This document shows, one piece after another, positions 30,001-45,000 of a stretch of DNA of 64,000 bases. A program made the translations under genes and the position numbers. The notes below the pieces were generated by a model. It ran no database searches. It had not been told where the DNA came from and saw only the letters and a list, made by a program, of their open reading frames with translations. How positions within the stretch are numbered: position 1 is the stretch's first letter; each line of letters opens with the position of its first letter. The stretch is from Eledone cirrhosa (taxonomy: Eukaryota). The stretch covers positions 405,790,001-405,854,000 of the forward strand of contig OZ024741.1 in the NCBI GenBank assembly GCA_964016885.1, given 5' to 3'.

Positions 30001-33000
30001 ACTGCCTGGTTTATTTCAGGTTATTGAGATTGGGAGAATTGTAGATTAGCTGGAAGTATTTAGGTTCATACTGCCTGGTTTATTCCAGGTTATTGAGATT
30101 GGAAGATTTGTAGACTAGCTGAAAGTATTTAGGTTCATACTGCCTGGCCTATTTCAGGTTATTGGGATTAGGGAGAAGTGTAGACTAACTGAAAGTATTT
30201 AGGATAATACTGCCTGGTTTATTTCAGGTTATTGAGATTAGGGAGAATTGTAGACTAGCTGAAAGTATTTAGGTTCATACTGCCTGGTCTATTTCAGGTT
30301 ATTGAGATTAGGGAGAATTGTTGACTAACTGAAAATATTTAGGTTCATACTTCCTGGTCAATTTCAGTTTATTGGGATTAGGGAGAATTGTAGACTACCT
30401 TAAAGTATTTATGTTCATTCTGCCTGGTCTATTTCAGGTTATTGAGATTAGGGAGAATTGTAGACTAGCTGAAAATATATAGGTTGATACTGCCTGGTTT
30501 ATTTCAGGTTATTGAGATTGGGAGAATTGTAGACTAGCTGAAAGTATTTAGGTTCATACTGCCTGGTTCATTTCAGGTTATTGAGATTCGGAATAATTGT
30601 AGACTAGCTGAAAGTATTTAGGTTCATACTGCCTGGTTTATTTCAGGTTATTGAGATTAGGGAGAATTGTAGACTAGCTGAAAGTATTTAGGTTCATACT
30701 GCCTGGTTTATTTCAGGTTATTGAGATTGGAAGAATTGTAGACTAGCTGAAAGTAATTAGGTTCATACTGCCTGGTCTATTTCAGGTTATTGAAATTGGG
30801 AGAATTGTAGACTAGCTGAAAGTATTTAGGTTCATACTGCCTGGTCTATTTCAGTTATTGAGATTGGAAAAATTGTAGACTAGCTGAAAGTATTTAGGTT
30901 CAAACTGCCTGGTTCATTTCAGGTTATTGAGATTAGGGAGAATTGTAGACTAGCTGCACGTATTTAGGTTCATACTGCCGGGTCTATTTCAGGTTATTGA
31001 GATTAGGGAGAATTGTAGACTAGCTGAACGTATTTAGGTTCATACTGCCTAGTCTATTTCAGGTTATTGAGATTAGGAAGAATTGTAGACTAGCTGAAAG
31101 TATTTAGGTTCATACTGCCTGGTTTATTTCAGGTTATTGAGATTAGGAAGAATTGTAGACTAGCTGAAAATATTTAGGTTCATACTGCCTGGTTTATTTC
31201 AGGTTATTGAGATTAGGAAGAATTGTAGACTAGCTGAAAGTATTTAGGTTCATACTGCCTGGTCTATTTCAGGTTATTGGGATTAGGGAGAAGTGTAGAC
31301 TAGCTGAAAGTATTTAGGTTCATACTGCCTGGTCTATTTCAGGTTATTGAGATTAGGGAGGATTGTAGACTAGCTGAAAGTATTTAGGTTCAAACTGCCT
31401 GGTTTATTTCAGGTTATTGAGATTAGGGAGAATTGTAGACTAGCTGAAAATATTTAGGTTCATACTGCCTGGTCTATTTCACGTTATTGGGATTAGGGAG
31501 AAGTGTAGACTAACTGAAAGTATTTAGGATAATACTGCCTGGTTTATTTCAGGTTATTGAGATTGGAAGAATTGTAGACTAGCTGAACATATTTAGGTTC
31601 ATACTGCCTGGTCTATTTCAGGTTATTGAGATTGGAAGAATTGTAGACTAGCTGAAAGTATTTAGGTTCATACTGCCTAGTTTATTTCAGGTTATTGAGC
31701 TTAGGGAGAATTGTAGACTAGCTGAAAGTATTTAGATTAATACTGCCTGGTCTATTTCAGGTTATTGAGATTAGGGAGAATTGTAGACTACCTGAAAATA
31801 TTTAGGTTCATTCTGCCTGGTCTATTTCAGGTTATTGAGTTTAGGGACAATTGTAGACTAGCTGAAAGTATTTAGGTTCATACTGCCTGGTTTATTTCAG
31901 GTTATTGAGATTGGGAGAATTGTAGACTAGCTGAAAGTATTTAGGTTCATACTGCCTGGTTTATTTCAGGTTATTGATATTAGGGAGAATTGTAGACTAG
32001 CTGAAAGTATTTAGGTTCATACTGCCTGGTCTATTTCAGGTTATTGAGATTAGGGACAATTGTAGACTAGCTGAAAGTATTTAGGTTCATGCTGCCTGGT
32101 TTATTTCAGGTTATTGAGATTGGGAGAATTGTAGACTAGCTGAAAGTATTTATGTTCATACTGCGTGGTTTATTTCAGGTTATTGTGATTTGAAGAATTG
32201 TAGACTAGGTGAAAGTATATAGGTTCATACTGCCTGGTTTATTTCAGGTTATTGAGACTGGGAGGAGTGTAGACTAGCTGAAGGTATATAGGTTTATACT
32301 GCCTGGTTTATTTCAGGTTATTGAGATTGAAAGAATTGTAGACTAGCTGAAAGTACTTAGGTTCATACTGCCTGGTTTATTTCAGGTTATTGAGACTGGA
32401 AGAATCGTAGACGAGCTGAAAGTATTTAGGTTCATACTGCCTGGTTTATTTCAGGTTATTGAGATTAGGGAGAATTGTAGACTAGCTGAAAGTATTTAGG
32501 TTCATACTGCCTGGTTTATTTCAAGTTATTGAGACTGGAAGAATCGTAGACGAGCTGAAAGTATTTAGGTTCATACTGCCTGGTCTATTTCAGGTTATTG
32601 AGATTATGGAGAATTGTAGACTAGCTGAAAGTATTTAGGTTCATACTGCCTGGTTTATTTCAGGTTATTGAGATTGGTAGAATTGTAGACTAGCTGAAAG
32701 TATTTAGGTTCATACTGCGTGGTTTATTTCAGATTATTGTGATTTGAAGAATTGTAGACTAGGTGAAAGTATATAGGTTCATACTGCCTGGTTTATTTCA
32801 GCTTATTGAGACTGGGAGAAGTGTAGACTAGCTGAAGGTATATAGGTTCATACTGCCTGGTTTATTTCAGGTTATTGAAATTGGGAGAATTGCAGACTAG
32901 CTGAAAATATTTAGGTTCATACTACCTGGTTTATTTCAGGTTATTGAGATTGGAAGAATTGTAGACTAGCTGAAAGTACTTAGGTTCATACTGCCTGGTT

Positions 33001-36000
33001 TATTTCAGGTTATTGAGACTGGAAGAATCGTAGACGAGCTGAAAGTATTTAGGTTCATACTGCCTGGTTTATTTCAGGTTATTGAGATTAGGGAGAATTG
33101 TAGACTAGCTGAAAGTATTTAGGTTCATACTGCCTGGTTTATTTCAGGTTATTGAGATTGGAAGAATCGTAGACGAGCTGAAAGTATTTAAGTTCATACT
33201 GCCTGGTTTGTTTCAGGTTATTGAGATTAGGGAGAACTGTAGACTAGCTGAAAGTATTTAGGTTCATACTGCCTGGTTTATTTCAGGTTATTGAGATTGG
33301 TAGAATTGTAGACTAGCTGAAAGTATTTAGATTCATACTGCGTGGTTTATTTCAGGTTATTGTGATTTGAAGAATTGTAGACTAGGTGAAAGTATATAGG
33401 TTCATACTGCCTGGTTTATTTCAGGTTATTGAGACTGGGAGAAGTGTAGACTAGCTGAAGGTATATAGGTTCATACTGCCTGGTTTATTTCAGGTTATTG
33501 AAATTGGGAGAATTGCAGACTAGCTGAAAATATTTAGGTTCATACTACCTGGTTTATTTCAGGTTATTGAGATTGGAAGAATTGTAGACTAGCTGAAAGT
33601 ACTTAGGTTCATACTGCCTGGTTTATTTCAGGTTATTGAGACTGGAAGAATCGTAGACGAGCTGAAAGTATTTAGGTTCATACTGCCTGGTTTATTTCAG
33701 GTTATTGAGATTAGGGAGAATTGTAGACTAGCTGAAAGTATTTAGGTTCATACTGCATGGTTTATGTCAGGTTATTGAGATTGGGAGAATTGTAGATGAG
33801 CTGAAAGTATTTAGGTTCATACTGCCTGGTTTATTACAGGTTATTGAGATTAGAAGAATTGTAGACTAGCTGAAAGTATTTAGGTTCATACTGCCTGGTC
33901 CATTTCAGGTTATTGAGATTGGAAGAATTGTAGACTAGCTGAAAGTGTTTAAGTTCATACTTCCTGGTTTATTTCAGGTTATTGAGATTGGAAGAATTGT
34001 AGACTAGCTGAAAGTATTTACGTTCATACTGCCTGGTTTATTTCAAGTTATTGAGACTGGAAGAATCGTAGACGAGCTGAAAGTATTTAGGTTCATACTG
34101 CCTGGTTTATTTCAGGTTATTGAGATTAGGGAGAATTGTAGACTAGCTGAAAGTATTTAGGTTCATACTGCCTGGTTTATTTCAGGTTATTGATATTAGG
34201 GAGAATTGTAGACTAGCTGAAAGTATTTAGGTTCATACTGCCTGGTCTATTTCAGGTTATTGAGATTAGGGACAATTGTAGACTAGCTGAAAGTATTTAG
34301 GTTCATACTGCCTGGTTTATTTCAGGTTATTGAGATTGGGAGAATTGTAGACTAGCTGAAAGTATTTAGGTTCATACTGCCTGGTTTATTTCAGGTTATT
34401 GAGACTGGGAGAAGTGTAGACAAGCTGAAGGTATATAGGTTCATACTGCCTGGTTTATTTCAGGTTATTGAAATTGGGAGAATTACAGACTAGCTGAAAA
34501 TATTTAGGTTCATACTACCTGGTTTATTTCAGGTTATTGAGATTGGAAGAATTGTAGACTAGCTGAAAGTACTTAGGTTCATACTGCCTGGTTTATTTCA
34601 GGTTATTGAGACTGGAAGAATCGTAGACGAGCTGAAAGTATTTAGGTTCATACTGCCTGGTTTATTTCAGGTTATTGAGATTAGGGAGAATTGTAGACTA
34701 GCTGAAAGTATTTAGGTTCATACTGCCTGGTTTATTTCAGGTTATTGAGATTGGAAGAATCGTAGACGAGCTGAAAGTATTTAAGTTCATACTGCCTGGT
34801 TTGTTTCAGGTTATTGAGATTAGGGAGAACTGTAGACTAGCTGAAAGTATTTAGGTTCATACTGCCTGGTTTATTTCAGGTTATTGAGATTGGTAGAATT
34901 GTAGACTAGCTGAAAGTATTTAGGTTCATACTGCCTGGTTTATTTCAGGTTATTGAGATTAGAAGAATTGTAGACTAGCTGAAAGTATTTAGGTTCATAC
35001 TGCCTGGTCTATTTCAGGTTATTGAGATTAGAAGAATTGTAGACTAGCTGAAGGTATATAGGTTCATACTGCCTGGTTTATTTCAGGTTATTGAAATTGG
35101 GAGAATTGCAGACTAGCTGAAAATATTTAGGTTCATACTACCTGGTTTATTTCAGGTTATTGAGATTGGAAGAATTGTAGACTAGCTGAAAGTATTTAGG
35201 TTCATACTGCCTGGTTTATTTCAGGTTATTGAGACTGGAAGAATCGTAGACGAGCTGAAAGTATTTACGTTCATACTGCCTGGTTTATTTCAGGTTATTG
35301 AGATTAGGGAGAATTGTAGACTAGCTGAAAGTATTTAGGTTCATACTGCATGGTTTATGTCAGGTTATTGAGATTGGGAGAATTGTAGATGAGCTGAAAG
35401 TATTTAGGTTCATACTGCCTGGTTTATTTCAGGTTATTGAGATTAGAAGAATTGTAGAATAGCTGAAAGTATTTAGGTTCATACTGCCTGGTCCATTTCA
35501 GGTTATTGAGATTGGAAGAATTGTAGACTAGCTGAAAGTGTTTAAGTTCATACTTCCTGGTTTATTTCAGGTTATTGAGATTGGAAGAATTGTAGACTAG
35601 CTGAAAGTATTTACGTTCATACTGCCTGGTTTATTTCAAGTTATTGAGACTGGAAGAATCGTAGACGAGCTGAAAGTATTTAGGTTCATACTGCCTGGTT
35701 TATTTCAGGTTATTGAGATTAGGGAGAATTGTAGACTAGCTGAAAGTATTTAGGTTCATACTGCCTGGTTTATTTCAGGTTATTGATATTAGGGAGAATT
35801 GTAGACTAGCTGAAAATATTTAGGTTCATACTGCCTGGTCTATTTCAGGTTATTGAGATTAGGGACAATTGTAGACTAGCTGAAAGTATTTAGGTTCATA
35901 CTGCCTGGTTTATTTCAAGTTATTGAGACTGGAAGAATCGTAGACGAGCTGAAAGTATTTAGGTTCATACTGCCTGGTTTATTTCAGGTTATTGAGATTA

Positions 36001-39000
36001 GGGAGAATTGTAGACTAGCTGAAAGTATTTAGGTTCATACTGCCTGGGTTATTTCAGGTTATTGAGACTGGAAGAATCGTAGACGAGCTGAAAGTATTTA
36101 GGTTCATACTGCCTGGTCTATTTCAGGTTATTGAGATTAGGGAGAATTGTAGACTAGCTGAAAGTATTTAGGTTCATACTGCCTGGTTTATTTCAGGTTA
36201 TTGAGATTGGAAGAATCGTAGACGAGCTGAAAGTATTTAAGTTCATACTGCCTGGTTTGTTTCAGGTTATTGAGATTAGGGAGAACTGTAGACTAGCTGA
36301 AAGTATTTAGGTTCATACTGCCTGGTTTATTTCAGGTTATTGAGATTGGTAGAATTGTAGACTAGCTGAAAGTATTTAGGTTCATACTGCCTGGTTTATT
36401 TCAGGTTATTGAGATTATAAGATTTGTAGACTAGCTGAAAGTATTTAGGTTCATACTGCCTGGTCTATTTCAGGTTATTGAGATTAGGGACAATTGTAGA
36501 CTAGCTGAAAGTATTTAGGTTCATACTGCCTGGTTTATTTCAGGTTATTGAGATTGGGAGAATTGTAGACTAGCTGAAAGTATTTAGGTTCATACTGCCT
36601 GGTTTATTTCAGGTTATTGAGACTGGGAGAAGTGTAGACAAGCTGAAGGTATATAGGTTCATACTGCCTGGTTTATTTCAGGTTATTGAAATTGGGAGAA
36701 TTACAGACTAGCTGAAAATATTTAGGTTCATACTACCTGGTTTATTTCAGGTTATTGAGATTGGAAGAATTGTAGACTAGCTGAAAGTACTTAGGTTCAT
36801 ACTGCCTGGTTTATTTCAGGTTATTGAGACTGGAAGAATCGTAGACGAGCTGAAAGTATTTAGGTTCATACTGCCTGGTTTATTTCAGGTTATTGAGATT
36901 AGGGAGAATTGTAGACTAGCTGAAAGTATTTAGGTTCATACTGCCTGGTTTATTTCAGGTTATTGAGATTGGAAGAATCGTAGACGAGCTGAAAGTATTT
37001 AAGTTCATACTGCCTGGTTTGTTTCAGGTTATTGAGATTAGGGAGAACTGTAGACTAGCTGAAAGTATTTAGGTTCATACTGCCTGGTTTATTTCAGGTT
37101 ATTGAGATTGGTAGAATTGTAGACTAGCTGAAAGTATTTAGGTTCATACTGCCTGGTTTATTTCAGGTTATTGAGATTAGAAGAATTGTAGACTAGCTGA
37201 AAGTATTTAGGTTCATACTGCCTGGTCTATTTCAGGTTATTGAGATTAGAAGAATTGTAGACTAGCTGAAGGTATATAGGTTCATACTGCCTGGTTTATT
37301 TCAGGTTATTGAAATTGGGAGAATTGCAGACTAGCTGAAAATATTTAGGTTCATACTACCTGGTTTATTTCAGGTTATTGAGATTGGAAGAATTGTAGAC
37401 TAGCTGAAAGTATTTAGGTTCATACTGCCTGGTTTATTTCAGGTTATTGAGACTGGAAGAATCGTAGACGAGCTGAAAGTATTTACGTTCATACTGCCTG
37501 GTTTATTTCAGGTTATTGAGATTAGGGAAAATTGTAGACTAGCTGAAAGTATTTAGGTTCATACTGCATGGTTTATGTCAGGTTATTGAGATTGGGAGAA
37601 TTGTAGATGAGCTGAAAGTATTTAGGTTCATACTGCCTGGTTTATTTCAGGTTATTGAGATTAGAAGAATTGTAGAATAGCTGAAAGTATTTAGGTTCAT
37701 ACTGCCTGGTCTATTTCAGGTTATTGAGATTAGGGACAATTGTAGACTAGCTGAAAGTATTTAGGTTCATACTGCCTGGTTTATTTCAGGTTATTGAGAT
37801 TGGGAGAATTGTAGACTAGCTGAAAGTATTTAGGTTCATACTGCCTGGTTTATTTCAGGTTATTGAGACTGGGAGAAGTGTAGACAAGCTGAAGGTATAT
37901 AGGTTCATACTGCCTGGTTTATTTCAGGTTATTGAAATTGGGAGAATTACAGACTAGCTGAAAATATTTAGGTTCATACTACCTGGTTTATTTCAGGTTA
38001 TTGAGATTGGAAGAATTGTAGACTAGCTGAAAGTACTTAGGTTCATACTGCCTGGTTTATTTCAGGTTATTGAGACTGGAAGAATCGTAGACGAGCTGAA
38101 AGTATTTAGGTTCATACTGCCTGGTTTATTTCAGGTTATTGAGATTAGGGAGAATTGTAGACTAGCTGAAAGTATTTAGGTTCATACTGCCTGGTTTATT
38201 TCAGGTTATTGAGATTGGAAGAATCGTAGACGAGCTGAAAGTATTTAAGTTCATACTGCCTGGTTTGTTTCAGGTTATTGAGATTAGGGAGAACTGTAGA
38301 CTAGCTGAAAGTATTTAGGTTCATACTGCCTGGTTTATTTCAGGTTATTGAGATTGGTAGAATTGTAGACTAGCTGAAAGTATTTAGGTTCATACTGCCT
38401 GGTTTATTTCAGGTTATTGAGATTAGAAGAATTGTAGACTAGCTGAAAGTATTTAGGTTCATACTGCCTGGTCTATTTCAGGTTATTGAGATTAGAAGAA
38501 TTGTAGACTAGCTGAAGGTATATAGGTTCATACTGCCTGGTTTATTTCAGGTTATTGAAATTGGGAGAATTGCAGACTAGCTGAAAATATTTAGGTTCAT
38601 ACTACCTGGTTTATTTCAGGTTATTGAGATTGGAAGAATTGTAGACTAGCTGAAAGTATTTAGGTTCATACTGCCTGGTTTATTTCAGGTTATTGAGACT
38701 GGAAGAATCGTAGACGAGCTGAAAGTATTTACGTTCATACTGCCTGGTTTATTTCAGGTTATTGAGATTAGGGAGAATTGTAGACTAGCTGAAAGTATTT
38801 AGGTTCATACTGCATGGTTTATGTCAGGTTATTGAGATTGGGAGAATTGTAGATGAGCTGAAAGTATTTAGGTTCATACTGCCTGGTTTATTTCAGGTTA
38901 TTGAGATTAGAAGAATTGTAGAATAGCTGAAAGTATTTAGGTTCATACTGCCTGGTCCATTTCAGGTTATTGAGATTGGAAGAATTGTAGACTAGCTGAA

Positions 39001-42000
39001 AGTGTTTAAGTTCATACTTCCTGGTTTATTTCAGGTTATTGAGATTGGAAGAATTGTAGACTAGCTGAAAGTATTTACGTTCATACTGCCTGGTTTATTT
39101 CAAGTTATTGAGACTGGAAGAATCGTAGACGAGCTGAAAGTATTTAGGTTCATACTGCCTGGTTTATTTCAGGTTATTGAGATTAGGGAGAATTGTAGAC
39201 TAGCTGAAAGTATTTAGGTTCATACTGCCTGGTTTATTTCAGGTTATTGATATTAGGGAGAATTGTAGACTAGCTGAAAATATTTAGGTTCATACTGCCT
39301 GGTCTATTTCAGGTTATTGAGATTAGGGACAATTGTAGACTAGCTGAAAGTATTTAGGTTCATACTGCCTGGTTTATTTCAAGTTATTGAGACTGGAAGA
39401 ATCGTAGACGAGCTGAAAGTATTTAGGTTCATACTGCCTGGTTTATTTCAGGTTATTGAGATTAGGGAGAATTGTAGACTAGCTGAAAGTATTTAGGTTC
39501 ATACTGCCTGGGTTATTTCAGGTTATTGAGACTGGAAGAATCGTAGACGAGCTGAAAGTATTTAGGTTCATACTGCCTGGTCTATTTCAGGTTATTGAGA
39601 TTAGGGAGAATTGTAGACTAGCTGAAAGTATTTAGGTTCATACTGCCTGGTTTATTTCAGGTTATTGAGATTGGAAGAATCGTAGACGAGCTGAAAGTAT
39701 TTAAGTTCATACTGCCTGGTTTGTTTCAGGTTATTGAGATTAGGGAGAACTGTAGACTAGCTGAAAGTATTTAGGTTCATACTGCCTGGTTTATTTCAGG
39801 TTATTGAGATTGGTAGAATTGTAGACTAGCTGAAAGTATTTAGGTTCATACTGCCTGGTTTATTTCAGGTTATTGAGATTATAAGATTTGTAGACTAGCT
39901 GAAAGTATTTAGGTTCATACTGCCTGGTTTATTTCAGGTTATTGAGATTTGAAGAATTGTAGACTAGGTGAAAGTATATAGGTTCATACTGCCTGGTTTA
40001 TTTCAGGTTATTGAGTCTGGGAGAAGTGTAGACTAGCTGAAAGTATATAGGTTCATACTGCCTGGTTTATTTCAGGTTATTGAAATTGGGAGAATTGCAG
40101 ACTAGCTGAAAATATTTAGGTTCATACTACCTGGTTTATTTCAGGTTATTGAGATTGGAAGAATTGTAGACTAGCTGAAAGTATTTAAGTTCATACTGCC
40201 TGGTTTATTTCAGGTTATTGAGACTGGAAGAATCGTAGACGAGCTGAAAGTATTTAGGTTCATACTGCCTGGTTTATTTCAGGTTATTGAGATTAGGGAG
40301 AATTGTAGACTAGCTGAAAGTATTTAGGTTCATACTGAATGGTTTATGTCAGGTTATTGAGATTGGGAGAATTGTAGATGAGCTGAAAGTATTTAGGTTC
40401 ATACTGCCTGGTTTATTTCAGGTTATTGAGATTAGAAGAATTGTAGACTAGCTGAAAGTATTTAGGTTCATACTGCCTGGTCCATTTCAGGTTATTGAGA
40501 TTGGAAGAATTGTAGACTAGCTGAAAGTGTTTAAGTTCATACTTCCTGGTTTATTTCAGGTTATTGAGATTGGAAGAATTGTAGACTAGCTGAAAGTATT
40601 TACGTTCATACTGCCTGGTTTATTTCAAGTTATTGAGACTGGAAGAATCGTAGACGAGCTGAAAGTATTTAGGTTCATACTGCCTGGTTTATTTCAGGTT
40701 ATTGAGATTAGGGAGAATTGTAGACTAGCTGAAAGTATTTAGGTTCATACTGCCTGGTTTATTTCAGGTTATTGAGATTGGTAGAATTGTAGACTAGCTG
40801 AAAGTATTTAGGTTTATACTGCGTGGTTTATTTCAGGTTATTGTGATCTGAAGAATTGTAGACTAGGTGAAAGTATATAGGTTCATACTGCCTGGTTTAT
40901 TTCAGGTTATTGAGACTGGGAGAAGTGTAGACTAGCTGAAGGTATATAGGTTCATACTGCCTGGTTTATTTCAGGTTATTGAAATTGGGAGAATTGCAGA
41001 CTAGCTGAAAATATTTAGGTTCATACTACCTGGTTTATTTCAGGTTATTGAGATTGGAAGAATTGTAGACTAGCTGAAAGTACTTAGGTTCATACTGCCT
41101 GGTTTATTTCAGGTTATTGAGACTGGAAGAATCGTAGACGAGCTGAAAGTATTTAGGTTCATACTGCCTGGTTTATTTCAGGTTATTGAGATTAGGGAGA
41201 ATTGTAGACTAGCTGAAAGTATTTAGGTTCATACTGCCTGGTTTATTTCAAGTTATTGAGACTGGAAGAATCGTAGACGAGCTGAAAGTATTTAGGTTCA
41301 TACTGCCTGGTCTATTTCAGGTTATTGAGATTAGGGAGAATTGTAGACTAGCTGAAAGTATTTAGGTTCATACTGCCTGGTTTATTTCAGGTTTTTGAGA
41401 TTGGAAGAATCGTAGACGAGCTGAAAGTATTTAAGTTCATACTGCCTGGTTTGTTTCAGGTTATTGAGATTAGGGAGAACTGTAGACTAGCTGAAAGTAT
41501 TTAGGTTCATACTGCCTGGTTTATTTCAGGTTATTGAGATTGGTAGAATTGTAGACTAGCTGAAAGTATTTAGGTTCATACTGCCTGGTTTATTTCAGGT
41601 TATTGAGATTATAAGATTTGTAGACTAGCTGAAAGTATTTAGGTTCATACTGCCTGGTTTATTTCAGGTTATTGAGATTTGAAGAATTGTAGACTAGGTG
41701 AAAGTATATAGGTTCATACTGCCTGGTTTATTTCAGGTTATTGAGACTGGGAGAAGTGTAGACTAGCTGAAAGTATATAGGTTCATACTGCCTGGTTTAT
41801 TTCAGGTTATTGAAATTGGGAGAATTGCAGACTAGCTGAAAATATTTAGGTTCATACTACCTGGTTTATTTCAGGTTATTGAGATTGGAAGAATTGTAGA
41901 CTAGCTGAAAGTATTTAGGTTCATACTGCCTGGTTTATTTCAGGTTATTGAGACTGGAAGAATCGTAGACGAGCTGAAAGTATTTAGGTTCATACTGCCT

Positions 42001-45000
42001 GGTTTATTTCAGGTTATTGAGATTAGGGAGAATTGTAGACTAGCTGAAAGTATTTAGGTTCATACTGCCTGGTTTATTTCAGGTTATTGAGATTGGAAGA
42101 ATCGTAGACGAGCTGAAAGTATTTAAGTTCATACTGCCTGGTTTATTTCAGGTTATTGAGATTTGAAGAATTGTAGACTAGCTGAAAGTATTTAGGTTCA
42201 TACTGCCTGGTCTATTTCAGGTTATTGAGATTAGGGAGAACTGTAGACTAGCTGAAAGTATTTAGTTTCATACTGCCTGGTCTATTTCAGGTTATTGAGA
42301 TAAGGGAGAATTGTAGACTAGCTGAAATTATTTATGTTCATACTTCCTGGTCTATTTCAGTTTATTGAGATTAGGGCGAACTGTAGACTAGCTGAAAGTA
42401 TTTAGGTTCATACTGCCTGGTCTATTTCAGGTTATTGAGATTAGGGAGAATTGTAGGCTAGCTGAAAGTATTTAGGTTCATACTGCCTGGTTTATTTCAG
42501 GTTATTGAGATTAGGAAGAATTGTAGACTAGCTGAAAATATTTAGGTTCATACTGTCTGGTTTATTTCAGGTTATTGAGATTAGGAAGAATTGTAGACTA
42601 GCTGAAAGTATATAGGTTCATACTGCCTGGTTTATTTCAGGTCATTGAGATTAGGAAGAATTGTAGACTAGCTGAAAATATTTAGGTTCATACTGCCTGG
42701 TTTATTTCAGGTTATTGAGATTAGGAAGAATTGTAGATTATCTGAAAATATTTAGGTTCATACTGCCTGGTTTATTTCAGGTTATTGAGATTAGGAAGAA
42801 TTGTAGACTAGCTGAAAGTATATAGGTTCATACTGCCTGGTTTATTTCAGGTTATTGAGACTGGAAGAATCGTAGACGAGCTGAAAGTATTTAGGTTCAT
42901 ACTGCCTGGTTTATTTCAGGTTATTGAGATTAGGGAGAATTGTAGACTAGCTGAAAGTATTTAGGTTCATACTGCATGGTTTATGTCAGGTTATTGAGAT
43001 TGGGAGAATTGTAGATGAGCTGAAAGTATTTAGGTTCATACTGCCTGGTTTATTTCAGGTTATTGAGATTAGAAGAATTGTAGACTAGCTGAAAGTATTT
43101 AGGTTCATACTGCCTGGTCCATTTCAGGTTATTGAGATTGGAAGAATTGTAGACTAGCTGAAAGTGTTTAAGTTCATACTTCCTGGTTTATTTCAGGTTA
43201 TTGAGATTGGAAGAATTGTAGACTAGCTGAAAGTATTTACGTTCATACTGCCTGGTTTATTTCAAGTTATTGAGACTGGAAGAATCGTAGACGAGCTGAA
43301 AGTATTTAGGTTCATACTGCCTCGTTTATTTCAGGTTATTGAGATTAGGGAGAATTGTAGACTAGCTGAAAGTATTTAGGTTCATACTGCCTGGTTTATT
43401 TCAGGTTATTGATATTAGGGAGAATTGTAGACTAGCTGAAAGTATTTAGGTTCATACTGCCTGGTCTATTTCAGGTTATTGAGATTAGGGACAATTGTAG
43501 ACTAGCTGAAAGTATTTAGGTTCATACTGCCTGGTTTATTTCAAGTTATTGAGACTGGAAGAATCGTAGACGAGCTGATAGTATTTAGGTTCATACTGCC
43601 TGGTCTATTTCAGGTTATTGAGATTAGGGAGAATTGTAGACTAGCTGAAAGTATTTAGGTTCATACTGCCTGGTTTATTTCAGGTTATTGAGATTGGTAG
43701 AATTGTAGACTAGCTGAAAGTATTTAGGTTCATACTGCGTGGTTTATTTCAGGTTATTGTGATCTGAAGAATTGTAGACTAGGTGAAAGTATATAGGTTC
43801 ATACTGCCTGGTTTATTTCAGGTTATTGAGACTGGGAGAAGTGTAGACTAGCTGAAGGTATATAGGTTCATACTGCCTGGTTTATTTCAGGTTATTGAAA
43901 TTGGGAGAATTGCAGACTAGCTGAAAATATTTAGGTTCATACTACCTGGTTTATTTCAGGTTATTGAGATTGGAAGAATTGTAGACTAGCTGAAAGTACT
44001 TAGGTTCATACTGCCTGGTTTATTTCAGGTTATTGAGACTGGAAGAATCGTAGACGAGCTGAAAGTATTTAGGTTCATACTGCCTGGTTTATTTCAGGTT
44101 ATTGAGATTAGGGAGAATTGTAGACTAGCTGAAAGTATTTAGGTTCATACTGCCTGGTTTATTTCAAGTTATTGAGACTGGAAGAATCGTAGACGAGCTG
44201 AAAGTATTTAGGTTCATACTGCCTGGTCTATTTCAGGTTATTGAGATTAGGGAGAATTGTAGACTAGCTGAAAGTATTTAGGTTCATACTGCCTGGTTTA
44301 TTTCAGGTTATTGAGATTGGAAGAATCGTAGACGAGCTGAAAGTATTTAAGTTCATACTGCCTGGTTTGTTTCAGGTTATTGAGATTAGGGAGAACTGTA
44401 GACTAGCTGAAAGTATTTAGGTTCATACTGCCTGGTTTATTTCAGGTTATTGAGATTGGTAGAATTGTAGACTAGCTGAAAGTATTTAGGTTCATACTGC
44501 CTGGTTTATTTCAGGTTATTGAGATTATAAGATTTGTAGACTAGCTGAAAGTATTTAGGTTCATACTGCCTGGTTTATTTCAGGTTATTGAGATTTGAAG
44601 AATTGTAGACTAGGTGAAAGTATATAGATTCATACTGCCTGGTTTATTTCAGGTTATTGAGACTGGGAGAAGTGTAGACTAGCTGAAAGTATATAGGTTC
44701 ATACTGCTTGGTTTATTTCAGGTTATTGAAATTGGGAGAATTGCAGACTAGCTGAAGATATTTAGGTTCATACTACCTGGTCTATTTCAGGTTATTGAGA
44801 TTGGAAGAATTGTAGACTAGCTGAAAGTATTTAGGTTCATACTGCCTGGTTTATTTCAGGTTATTGAGACTGGAAGAATCGTAGACGAGCTGAAAGTATT
44901 TAGGTTCATACTGCCTGGTTTATTTCAGGTTATTGAGATTAGGGAGAATTGTAGACTAGCTGAAAGTATTTAGGTTCATACTGCCTGGTTTATTTCAGGT

